From an uncultured delta proteobacterium (GTDB taxonomy: Bacteria > Desulfobacterota > Desulfuromonadia > Desulfuromonadales > JACZKF01), in assembly GCA_963816395.1 (NCBI GenBank), contig CAWFKQ010000016.1, forward strand, positions 640,001-704,000: DNA of 64,000 nucleotides, read 5' to 3'. The position numbers and the translations under genes are program-made. Of the stretch, positions 55,954 through 64,000 are shown piece after piece (the first letter of the stretch is position 1; every line of letters starts with the position of its first letter). A model generated the notes under the pieces. That model made no database searches, was not told the DNA's origin, and saw only the letters and a list, made by a program, of their open reading frames with translations.

Positions 55954-56340
55954 GCGAATGAAGATGACCTGGCCGGAAATTATCCCAAATATTTTCCAGG
56001 GCATAGCTGATCATCATAGCTGCGATCTCTTTCACGTTCTGCGTAAATCTTGGCGTCGTGAGTTCGTCGGAAAGCGCCGAATCGAACTTGCTGAAGAGGT
56101 TTTGGCTTTGTTCAATGAGGCTAAAGACATTATCTCTTATATTAGGGAGCCCTTTCTCCAAGATTAATGAAGGAAAAACGAGAACTGCACCAGAAGGGGA
56201 GTCGCCCGAAGAATAAAAGATAAACGACAGGGCGTATGTCGACTCCAACGCTAACAACATCAAGAGCTTTTTAACCGGATCGCACGGAATACGTTTTAGA
56301 TTCATGGCGCAGTTCGGAAGCGGAGCAGGTCAGCCTTTTA
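55946..56340 (+). pseudogene. Decayed AT-rich hypothetical gene
   Basis: Coding-like fragments (WRREFVGKRRIELAEEVLALF; EGKTR) broken by stops and frameshifts. Confidence 0.5.
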
Positions 56341-56642
56341 AAGGTCTGAGAAAAACCGCAGTGATATCATTCTCTTTCTGCACGCACAAGGAAGAACTGG
56401 CACAGCGCTTCGGGGTAGCGAGCATCGGCCTCTTCGGTAGTTACGCGCGGGGAGAAGAGCGAGAGGATTCCGATATCGATATTGCCATCGAACTCCTCCC
56501 GGAGCACAAGTCGTTAAGCAGCTTTTTTGGTCTGCGTCGTTACCTGGAGCAACAGTTCGGCAAACCGGTCGATCTGGGGATCGAGAGCGCGTTGAAGCCG
56601 CTGGCTAAAGAGATGGTCTCCAGGGAGATCATTCATGTCTGA
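56304..56642 (+). CDS. MNT nucleotidyltransferase antitoxin (MntA-like); native 5' end uncertain
   Basis: FGSYARGEEREDSDID (GS-X10-DxD). Overlaps the HEPN start. Confidence 0.8.
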   Translation: MAQFGSGAGQPFKGLRKTAVISFSFCTHKEELAQRFGVASIGLFGSYARGEEREDSDIDIAIELLPEHKSLSSFFGLRRYLEQQFGKPVDLGIESALKPLAKEMVSREIIHV

Positions 56643-56979
56643 ACGTTCTGATCGCCTCTATTGCCACGATATCCTCGAGTCAGGCGCGGCGATCCGCAGC
56701 TATGTCGAGGGTATCGACTTCGCGACCTTTGTGCGGGAGCGCATGCGCTATTCGGCGGTGATTCGCGAGTTCGAAATTGTCGGCGAGGCGGTGGGGAAGC
56801 TTTCAGCAGATTTGAAGCAGCCTTATCCCGATATCCATTGGCAGGACATCAAGGATTTCCGCAATCTGCTGGCGCACGAGTATTTCGGGGTCGATCTGGA
56901 GATTGTCTGGAACACGATCCAGAACGATTTGCCGGTATTGTTGAAGGCGGTGCAGAAGATAGAAAATGAAATGAAGTAA
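56635..56979 (+). CDS. HEPN/DUF86 ribonuclease toxin (HepT-like)
   Basis: EIVGEA, RNLLAHEY (RX4HxY), IVWNTI. Confidence 0.88.
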   Translation: MSERSDRLYCHDILESGAAIRSYVEGIDFATFVRERMRYSAVIREFEIVGEAVGKLSADLKQPYPDIHWQDIKDFRNLLAHEYFGVDLEIVWNTIQNDLPVLLKAVQKIENEMK

Positions 56980-57072
56980 TCTGTCCCTGAACTCCGGCGC
57001 GTCGAATTTCTTAGCCGCGGAACGAGCGAAAATGGGCGTTCCCCTTCTCGGGGAGTGAACAGGAGGTTGCAC

Positions 57073-57366
57073 ATGTTCAATATTGTTGTCGTGCTGACGG
57101 TAAAGAACGAAAATGACATCGACTTTATTGCCGGTTGCCTTAAAAAATGCTCCGAGATCACTCTTCGGGAAGAGCCGGGCTGCCGAAAATTCGAGGTCTA
57201 CCATTCCGAAGCCAGTTCCAGCCTGTTTATCCTGTGTGAGGAGTGGGAGCGGAAGGAAGATTGGGAAGAACACCGGCAGAAGCGGGCCTTTCAGGAGATC
57301 TATCTGCCAAAGGTGCTGCCGTTGGTAGAGAGGGTCCCGCATATTTCAAAACGCATCGACGGATAG
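57073..57366 (+). CDS. Antibiotic biosynthesis monooxygenase-family protein
   Basis: EEPGC..FEVY, LCEEW...H. AGGAGG RBS. Confidence 0.8.
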   Translation: MFNIVVVLTVKNENDIDFIAGCLKKCSEITLREEPGCRKFEVYHSEASSSLFILCEEWERKEDWEEHRQKRAFQEIYLPKVLPLVERVPHISKRIDG

Positions 57367-57420
57367 CTTTCGCCCCGAGGCTCCTCGCGTTTCACCCAAC
57401 AGGAGGATATACTTTTCATC

Positions 57421-58461
57421 ATGTCCCGCCCTAATGATACCTGCCGCCAACTGGTTCTCCCCCTCGGGAAAGATGAGGCCCTGCGCCGTCGCTTCATGGT
57501 GGTCGATGCGCCACTGCAGGGAAACTTCCGCTTCGGCCGTCTGCTCGAAGTGCTCGACAAGCTCGCCGAAGAGACGGCCCTGGACTATGTGCGCCGGGTC
57601 GACCCCGAAGCGCGGGTGGTCACGGCGGCCATCGACAACATCATGATCCACAATGCCGCGGACGTGACGCGGGACCTGACGTTTCGCGCCCGGATCAACT
57701 ACGTGGGGCGCAGTTCCCTGGAGGTCGGGATCCGGGTCGAGCACGCGGGGGCATCCCCTCTCCATATCGCCTCCTGTTATTTCACCATGGTCGCTCGCTC
57801 GGCGGAGGGGGCGACCAGTCTCGCTCTGCCCCCTCTCGAGTATCTGGACGAACTGGAGATCAGCCGGGCGCGGAAGGCGGTGGCGGCCCGTGAGGCCTAC
57901 CGGCAGCAGCAGGCCGCTTCCATGGAGCCGCCGAGCCGCGAGGAGCACGCGCTTCTCCTCGGGCTGCACCTGGCACAGGAAAAGCCGGACTTCAGGGGGC
58001 TGATTGTCGGCAGGCTGATGACCGAATCGTGGGAACGGATGTTCCCCGAGCAGGAAAACGTTCCCAAGACCATTTTCGGCGGCTACCTGGTCCGCCGCGC
58101 CTATGAAGTATCTTCCATCTGCGCCGAGCAGGTCGCTCCCGACCGGCCGGTCATCGTCGCCGTCAACCGGATCAATTTCTTTCACCCGGTTCGGCTCGAC
58201 GACAAGCTCCGCTTCACCGCCCGGGTCGTCTTCACCGGCGAAACCTCTGTCTGCGTCGAGGCGGGCATCGAACGGATCAGCCGCGATCGCAAGAGCAAGG
58301 CCCTGACCAACTCCTGCCTATTCACCTTCACCAATGTGGACCCCGACCTGCGACCCTGCCCCGTCCCCCCAGTTTTCCCCACCACCTATGCCGAAGATGC
58401 GCGCTACCTGACCGCCTACCGGCAGCGCCAGGATTATCTGCGACAAAAAGAGGGAAGGTAA
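57421..58461 (+). CDS. Double hot-dog acyl-CoA thioesterase
   Basis: GRLLEVLD, VVTAAID, INYVGRSSLEVG, IFGGYL, FTGETS. Confidence 0.87.
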   Translation: MSRPNDTCRQLVLPLGKDEALRRRFMVVDAPLQGNFRFGRLLEVLDKLAEETALDYVRRVDPEARVVTAAIDNIMIHNAADVTRDLTFRARINYVGRSSLEVGIRVEHAGASPLHIASCYFTMVARSAEGATSLALPPLEYLDELEISRARKAVAAREAYRQQQAASMEPPSREEHALLLGLHLAQEKPDFRGLIVGRLMTESWERMFPEQENVPKTIFGGYLVRRAYEVSSICAEQVAPDRPVIVAVNRINFFHPVRLDDKLRFTARVVFTGETSVCVEAGIERISRDRKSKALTNSCLFTFTNVDPDLRPCPVPPVFPTTYAEDARYLTAYRQRQDYLRQKEGR

Positions 58462-58528
58462 GCCGGGTGATCCGGCCAACTCTGGAAATTCGGCAGGATT
58501 GACCGTTTTTCTCATTCACCCGTAGATT

Positions 58529-58565
58529 CAAAACCCCCGTTGCTGCATGCAGTTCGGGGGTTTTG
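58529..58565. terminator. Rho-independent terminator
   Basis: CAAAACCCCCG...CGGGGGTTTTG. Confidence 0.7.
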
Positions 58566-58669
58566 GTTTCCGGCGGGTGGCGCAGCCGATAAATGGGGAG
58601 GTGCCTATCTTTCTTTAAAATTGGGGTAAAATTCCATTATCAGGCGCCCATCAAGGAAGGAGGTCCGTG

Positions 58670-59107
58670 ATGAAAATCCTGGTACTCAATGGTCCCAACC
58701 TGAACCTGCTCGGCCTCTCGGGAGACAGAAGCTACGGTACCCGGACTCTCCGGGAAATCAATGACGAGATGCAGGAGGTCGCGGCCGCCGCGGGGGCGGA
58801 CATCGAATTTATCCAGAGCAATCACGAGGGAGTCCTGATCGACCAGGTTCATTCCGCCATTCTGGACAGGTCATATGACGCGATCATCTTCAATCCGGGG
58901 CCTCTGCGTCATTCGAGTCTGGGATTGGCAGACGCCATCCGGGCTTTTCACGGGCCGGTTTACGAAGTCCATGTCCAGAGGCAGGGAGAGAGCGAGTTCC
59001 GGCATCCGACCATCATGGAGTCGGACCGTCAGTTCTGCGGCACTGCCGAAAAAATTTACCTGGAAGCGTTGAATGCCATTTTGCGAAGCGGGGAAGGGCG
59101 GGAATAG
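58670..59107 (+). CDS. aroQ: Type II 3-dehydroquinate dehydratase-like protein (divergent)
   Basis: LNGPNLNLLG..YG, QSNHEG, IIFNPG, EVH, FRH. Confidence 0.75.
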   Translation: MKILVLNGPNLNLLGLSGDRSYGTRTLREINDEMQEVAAAAGADIEFIQSNHEGVLIDQVHSAILDRSYDAIIFNPGPLRHSSLGLADAIRAFHGPVYEVHVQRQGESEFRHPTIMESDRQFCGTAEKIYLEALNAILRSGEGRE

Positions 59108-59219
59108 AGGGGAGGCGGAAGAGGAGCCGCCTGCCGGTGGAAAGATTCACGCAAAAAAACAGGCGCTATGCCGACAGCGCCCCGTCGGGGACTGCGGCCT
59201 TGGAATCGGAGCGAGGACG

Positions 59220-60299
59220 TTACCAGGAGGTCTCCCGCTCCCGTTCTCTGCCCGATTTCACCACCTTGCCAATCATCCAGCCGATACAGACCAGCCCCAG
59301 GAGTAAAGAGAGGAAGAACAGGACCATGGGGGAATATTGGGGCACCACCGTCAGTGCGTCGACGGAAAAATAGGGGTTCTGAAACCCGGTTCGGACATAG
59401 GCGCGCAGAAAGCTCATCAGCACCACCAGGGCGCCTGCCGCGCCGGCGGCGGCATAGACCCTTCTCCTGAATCCGGCCGCCAGTGCCAGCAGAACCAGCA
59501 GCAGGGCCGCGATGAAAAGGGCGGTGGCCAGAGTGTCGCCCCCCATGAACAGCAGCATGATATTCCGCGGCAGGGAGACCAGGAACCAGGAACCGACCAG
59601 AACCTGCGAAAGGGTCAGCCAGGCAAAGGTGTTCATTCCCAATCGAATCGCCACCGCTCCGAGTTCGGCATCCCGGCGCTCCCTGATTTTCCCGAAAACC
59701 GCCACGATCAATCCGCCGACCGCCAGGGCGCCGGTGATGAAATGGAGATAACGGGGGATCAGGGAAGGATCGGCAAGGTTGAGGATCGTCCCGTGATCAT
59801 TCTGGAAGTAGGCCGTCCATTTCAACGGGTCGAGCATCAGGGTCATGTTGTTGGTGAAGATAAAGGCGATAGAGAAGAAAATCAGCAGGGCGACAGCCAG
59901 CAGCAGGCTGCCGGTGCGCCCTGCCTTGTTGAAAGAGAAGTCATAGAGGTAGAGCGCGTAATACGCCAGGATAAGCAGGGGAATCACCGCCAGCCAGAAC
60001 ACCGCCATCAGAATAGAACTCACGTAGAGAAAGTGACCGTAGAGCACCTGGTTGAACAGCAGCGGCGCCACCCCGAAATTGACGGTGAAGGCGACCAGGA
60101 AGGGGAGGATCTTGGCCAGTTCGTGCGCCAGGCGTCGGGACGGTTCATCGGGGCGGAGGCGGGCGTAGAGGGCGATCGCCGCCGAGCCGACCATGGCGTT
60201 CATGCACAGCAGGTGCAGCGGCAGGGTGAGCAGCAGCAGGAACTGGAACCAGCCCCAGGCCACCGGCAGGATATCGGGTGTCGGCACCAGTGGATTCAT
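59220..60299 (-). CDS. Polytopic membrane partner of the cytochrome bd-like oxidoreductase (CydA'-like)
   Basis: MNPLVP..LHLLCMN, NFGVAPLLF..VLYG, PRYLHF. ATGA overlap with the upstream gene. Confidence 0.7.
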   Translation of the reverse strand: MNPLVPTPDILPVAWGWFQFLLLLTLPLHLLCMNAMVGSAAIALYARLRPDEPSRRLAHELAKILPFLVAFTVNFGVAPLLFNQVLYGHFLYVSSILMAVFWLAVIPLLILAYYALYLYDFSFNKAGRTGSLLLAVALLIFFSIAFIFTNNMTLMLDPLKWTAYFQNDHGTILNLADPSLIPRYLHFITGALAVGGLIVAVFGKIRERRDAELGAVAIRLGMNTFAWLTLSQVLVGSWFLVSLPRNIMLLFMGGDTLATALFIAALLLVLLALAAGFRRRVYAAAGAAGALVVLMSFLRAYVRTGFQNPYFSVDALTVVPQYSPMVLFFLSLLLGLVCIGWMIGKVVKSGRERERETSW

Positions 60300-62074
60300 T
60301 GGGCACCTCCCTGGGACTCTTTGACCAGGAACCGGGCCAGAGCGTCTTTCTCCTCGGCGGAGGCCTGGAGCGGCGGCATGGCCGGCTGCAGCTTGTTCAG
60401 CATGTCCAGCGCCTGGCGGACGCGCTCGTGCTCCCATCCGGCGATCTTGGGAAGCAGGGGGTTGCTGCCGCCCCGGAGGGTGTGGCACATGGAGCAGTTG
60501 TTTTCAAAGACCGTCTCTCCGGGGTCATGCTCCCGGCCCGCCGCCACGGCACCCGGTGTGTGCAGGGCCAGGAGATAGTCGGCCAGCTCCTCTTTCTGGG
60601 GGTCGGTACCCCTGAAGTCGGGCATCGCCGGGTTGAGGGCGCTGAGGTTGTCGATCGCCCGCCGGATGCGCTGCCGGTCCCACCCCGCGGTCCTGGCCTT
60701 GATCACCGCCGCTTCGTGGCAGAAGGCGCAGTTGTCGGCGAACACCCTGGCGCCGCCTTCGGCTTCGGCCGGCTGCGGGGGGGCGAGGGGCTTGCCCTGC
60801 AGCCCTGCGGTGATGTAGGTCGCCAAGGCCCGGCGTTCATCGGCGGTGCCGGCAAAGGGGGGCATGAAATAACGCCGCTCATGGAGGTTCTCCAGATACT
60901 TGAACAGGGCGGGCTGACTCATGGCGGCGGTACGCGCGATGATATCGTTGTTGAAGCCGGCGATGGTATGGCAGGCATAGCACTGGTTCTTGAACAGGTC
61001 CTGACCGATTTCCACCAGGCTCTCCTCATGGAATTCCCGCATGCGCACCCATCTGGCGGAGGCAAGGAATCCCTGGCGGTCCAGCTCCGCCACCTCGGCT
61101 GGGCGAATGCCGTTGGAATACATGACGCCGTGGATCACAAAGGGGCGACGGGCCGCCTCCCGTGTCCATTCGAAGGAACCGATGAAGAGAAAGCCGCAAG
61201 CGAGCACGACAAAGGCCAGCGCTTTGCTGTGGCGCGCCGGCTTGAGCAGGATCAGGACCAGGGTGGCCAGCAGGATGCCGGCCGTGGCGTAAAGACCGAT
61301 GTTCATGGCCCGAGCGATGGTGGGTGAGGCTCCCGCCGTCAGGCTCCGGACCGGCGCCGGCAGCACCGCAAGGTACCAGAAGCCGCACGGAATAGCGGCA
61401 AGCAGGGCGCCGAGCACCCACTTGCCCGAGAAGCGGGTCATCGTCCTTTTGAGCTCCCGGTCCTGCAGGAAGGCGGTGGTGACGAAGGCATAGATGCCGG
61501 CCAGCATCAGGGCGATGAAGGTGCGGAAGAAGAGGGAAGGCCAGAAGGTCGGGTTGAAGAACCCCGACCAGAAGTCGCCGTTTTCCAGCCAGCTGCCCGG
61601 GGTCAGCATGAAATCGAGGATGCCGTTGATCAGGAACAGGCTGAGCCAGGCGGCGATGAAATAGATCCAGCCGATGGTCTGGTGGGTCCTATCGTCCATC
61701 CGGCCGAAGGTGTAGAAATAGATGAACAGCGCGACGATTTCGACCAGGAAGAAGACCCATTCGGTCGCCCAGCCGAAAACGAAGGTGTGAATCAGCAGGG
61801 AGGTTGCGCCAGGCTGCACCAGGGAGATGATGAACCAGATCCCCACCCCGGTCAGGCCGCCGAACACCATGGTGACCAGCAGGAAGAACTTGGCGTGCCG
61901 GCGGGCAAACGCCAGGATGTCCGGATCACTCTCCCGAATTCCCTTGCGCTCGACCAGCACCAGGTACAGCCCACCGCCGACGGCGAAGTGGGAGATGAAG
62001 ACATGGACGATGGCGATCAGGGCAATGAGCGCCCCGCCACCCAGGCCGGGAAGATACCACACGGGATAGTTCAT
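60296..62074 (-). CDS. Cytochrome bd subunit I-like membrane protein fused to three c-type heme domains
   Basis: HVFISHFAVGGG, GGLTGVGIW, WATEWVFF, FEWTREAARRPF, then CYACH, CAFCH, CSMCH. Confidence 0.8.
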   Translation of the reverse strand: MNYPVWYLPGLGGGALIALIAIVHVFISHFAVGGGLYLVLVERKGIRESDPDILAFARRHAKFFLLVTMVFGGLTGVGIWFIISLVQPGATSLLIHTFVFGWATEWVFFLVEIVALFIYFYTFGRMDDRTHQTIGWIYFIAAWLSLFLINGILDFMLTPGSWLENGDFWSGFFNPTFWPSLFFRTFIALMLAGIYAFVTTAFLQDRELKRTMTRFSGKWVLGALLAAIPCGFWYLAVLPAPVRSLTAGASPTIARAMNIGLYATAGILLATLVLILLKPARHSKALAFVVLACGFLFIGSFEWTREAARRPFVIHGVMYSNGIRPAEVAELDRQGFLASARWVRMREFHEESLVEIGQDLFKNQCYACHTIAGFNNDIIARTAAMSQPALFKYLENLHERRYFMPPFAGTADERRALATYITAGLQGKPLAPPQPAEAEGGARVFADNCAFCHEAAVIKARTAGWDRQRIRRAIDNLSALNPAMPDFRGTDPQKEELADYLLALHTPGAVAAGREHDPGETVFENNCSMCHTLRGGSNPLLPKIAGWEHERVRQALDMLNKLQPAMPPLQASAEEKDALARFLVKESQGGAQ

Positions 62075-62402
62075 CGGTGACCCTCCTTGCCCAAGCCGAA
62101 CACCCCCGGCGTCATTTGCGGCCCGGATTCCCTCTGAAGATTAACTTTCCCACATCGATTCGTCAAGGGCTTGCCCCCGCCTTCTCGCCCAATGGGGAAG
62201 CCGGGTACTTTTTGTTTGACACCCTTGGCGTCTGGTTGTAAAGACGAAGGGTAGTAACCCGAGCTGAAAGGTCGGGAACAAGCGGGAGGGGGAGACGAAC
62301 CGGCGCGTCGCGAGCGCCATCGCGCCAGGCCATTCCTTCATTGCACCATTCAGCAGAGTGTCTTTTCAGTATTTTCTGTCACATCTAATCGGGGGGGGAA
62401 GG

Positions 62403-63434
62403 ATGAAAAAGGACCAGGCCGGCAATTCGGGCGAAGAGCGGGGGACACCGCGTCTTTCGTTGAACATGCAGACTCTTTCGGCGCTGATCCAAGCCTCGCC
62501 GCTGGGGATAATGGCGGTGGATTTCGACGGCAGGCTCCGCATGTGGAATCCGGCGGCGGAGCGCATTTTCGGTTGGCAGAAGAGCGAGGTGCTCGGCCGA
62601 CTTATTCCGGCTGCTTCGCTGGAGAACTGGGAGCTCTACGAAACGATCCGGAAACGGGCACTGGCGGGGGAGAGCTTCAGCGGCATCGGGATGACTTCCC
62701 GCACCAAAGGTGGGCTGCAGGTGCAGATTTCCTTCTCCACCGCGCCGGTTCTCGACCAGCGGGGACGGATCATCGGTACGATGGCGGTACTCTCGGATAT
62801 CACCGAGCGGAAGAAAATGGAGGAGGCACTGTCTCGCAGCCTGGAAAAGACAGAGCGGCTCACCGACGATACCATCAACGTACTGGCGTCGGCCATCGAG
62901 AAGAGGGATCCCTACACCGCCGGCCACCAGCAGCGGGTGGGACGGCTGGCGGTGGCCCTGGCCGGGAGGATGCGATATGCGCAGGAACAGCTGCGGGCGG
63001 TGCGGCTTGCCGCCATCATCCACGACATCGGTAAACTGTATGTCCCGGCGGAGATACTGTGCAAACCGAGCCGTCTGAGCGAAATAGAACTCCGCCTGCT
63101 GGAGTCACACGCCGTGGCCGGCTACGAGATCCTGAAAGGGATCGACTTCCCCTGGCCCATTGCGGAGATCGTCCACCAGCATCATGAGCGGCTGGACGGC
63201 AGCGGCTATCCGGGGGGGCTTATGCATGACGAGATCCTCCCCGAAGCCCGAATCGTAGGGGTCGCCGATGTCGTGGAGGCCATATCCTCTCACCGCCCTT
63301 ATCGACCGGCGCTCGGGGATGAGGCGGCGGTACGCGAGATCCGCGATGGAATCGGAACCCGCTATGACGCCGAAGTGGCCGACGCGCTCTTTTCGCTGCT
63401 GGATGCCGACGGCCGCCTGCCCGGGGAAATCTGA
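62403..63434 (+). CDS. PAS + HD-GYP cyclic dinucleotide phosphodiesterase
   Basis: WNPAAERIFG PAS, RDPYTAGH, HDIGK, HHERLDGSGYP, HRPYR. Confidence 0.92.
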   Translation: MKKDQAGNSGEERGTPRLSLNMQTLSALIQASPLGIMAVDFDGRLRMWNPAAERIFGWQKSEVLGRLIPAASLENWELYETIRKRALAGESFSGIGMTSRTKGGLQVQISFSTAPVLDQRGRIIGTMAVLSDITERKKMEEALSRSLEKTERLTDDTINVLASAIEKRDPYTAGHQQRVGRLAVALAGRMRYAQEQLRAVRLAAIIHDIGKLYVPAEILCKPSRLSEIELRLLESHAVAGYEILKGIDFPWPIAEIVHQHHERLDGSGYPGGLMHDEILPEARIVGVADVVEAISSHRPYRPALGDEAAVREIRDGIGTRYDAEVADALFSLLDADGRLPGEI

Positions 63435-63459
63435 TCGGCCGGGACCAAATGGCCCTCGC

Positions 63460-63969
63460 TTACCTCTCCCAGAGGCCGACTTTGTCCCGCCTCGCCTGTT
63501 GCTCGGCGGCGAGAAAGTCTTCCTTCAGCCGGAAGTCGAAGCGCCGGTAGACGACCGCATAGCCTTTCTCCAGCAGCAGGCGGTTGAGCAGGCGGCCGTC
63601 GGGCAGGTAAAGATAGGCGAGCAGGCGGCCGTAGCGGTCGCGGCGCTCGGCATCGAAGGTCAGGCGAACGGTCTTTCCCTTGACTGTGGCGATGTTGAAC
63701 TGCAGGGCTGCTTCGGCGATCTGCCGCAGGCGCGGTTCGGAGATTCCCCTCCGCAGATAGAAGCGGTCGCGCTCGGACGCTTCGTGCTCGGGGGTGTCGA
63801 TTCCGAGCAGCCGGACCTTGCCCAGCTCCGCCACCTTCACCGTGTCTCCGTCGTAAATCCATTCGACCCTGCCGGTCACTTCCCCGGCGGCCCGGCAGCC
63901 GCCCGCCAGGCACAGCAGCAGGAGCAGTAACCCGGCAAATACCCGGCAGAACTCCGCCGGCAGGTTCAT
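63460..63969 (-). CDS. Thermonuclease (SNase-like), exported
   Basis: YDGDT, VRLLGIDTPE, DRYGRLLAY, GLW. Confidence 0.9.
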   Translation of the reverse strand: MNLPAEFCRVFAGLLLLLLCLAGGCRAAGEVTGRVEWIYDGDTVKVAELGKVRLLGIDTPEHEASERDRFYLRRGISEPRLRQIAEAALQFNIATVKGKTVRLTFDAERRDRYGRLLAYLYLPDGRLLNRLLLEKGYAVVYRRFDFRLKEDFLAAEQQARRDKVGLWER

Positions 63970-64000
63970 CAATGCCCCCACAGGGCGCGGGAGAACAGGC

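Overview
GC-rich chromosomal window. Gene content (Mrp antiporter, c-type cytochromes, sigma54 system, benzoate-CoA ligase family, likely selenoprotein) suggests an anaerobic Desulfuromonadales/Geobacter-like deltaproteobacterium (inference). From left to right it holds: the start of a quinohemoprotein amine dehydrogenase cluster (outer-membrane channel, qhpA, radical-SAM qhpD) with its Cache kinase, sigma54 regulator and enhancer palindromes; an alpha/beta hydrolase and benzoate-CoA ligase-family gene; small proteins including a probable UGA/SECIS rhodanese selenoprotein; an unusual SPFH + tandem-AAA/Lon-protease fusion + Hsp20 locus (best candidate for an undescribed system); MscS; aconitase; an AT-richer LD-carboxypeptidase-spmA-spmB-class II amidotransferase block; a GTDC1-like glycosyltransferase; Usp; mrpABCDEFG; a B12 radical SAM; a complete class C group II intron; a heterodimeric ABC exporter; MFS; a SWIM-HTH/SNF2 pair; TetR-RND efflux with twin operators; a PAS-exonuclease; a decayed integrase with an MNT-HEPN toxin-antitoxin pair; a thioesterase; a divergent AroQ; a c-heme-fused cytochrome bd-like pair; HD-GYP; and a thermonuclease. 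About 13 frameshifts, mostly single-base and in short homopolymers, point to long-read assembly errors, so split genes are treated as probably intact. No rRNA, tRNA or CRISPR array was seen. All family calls come from motif recognition, not database searches.
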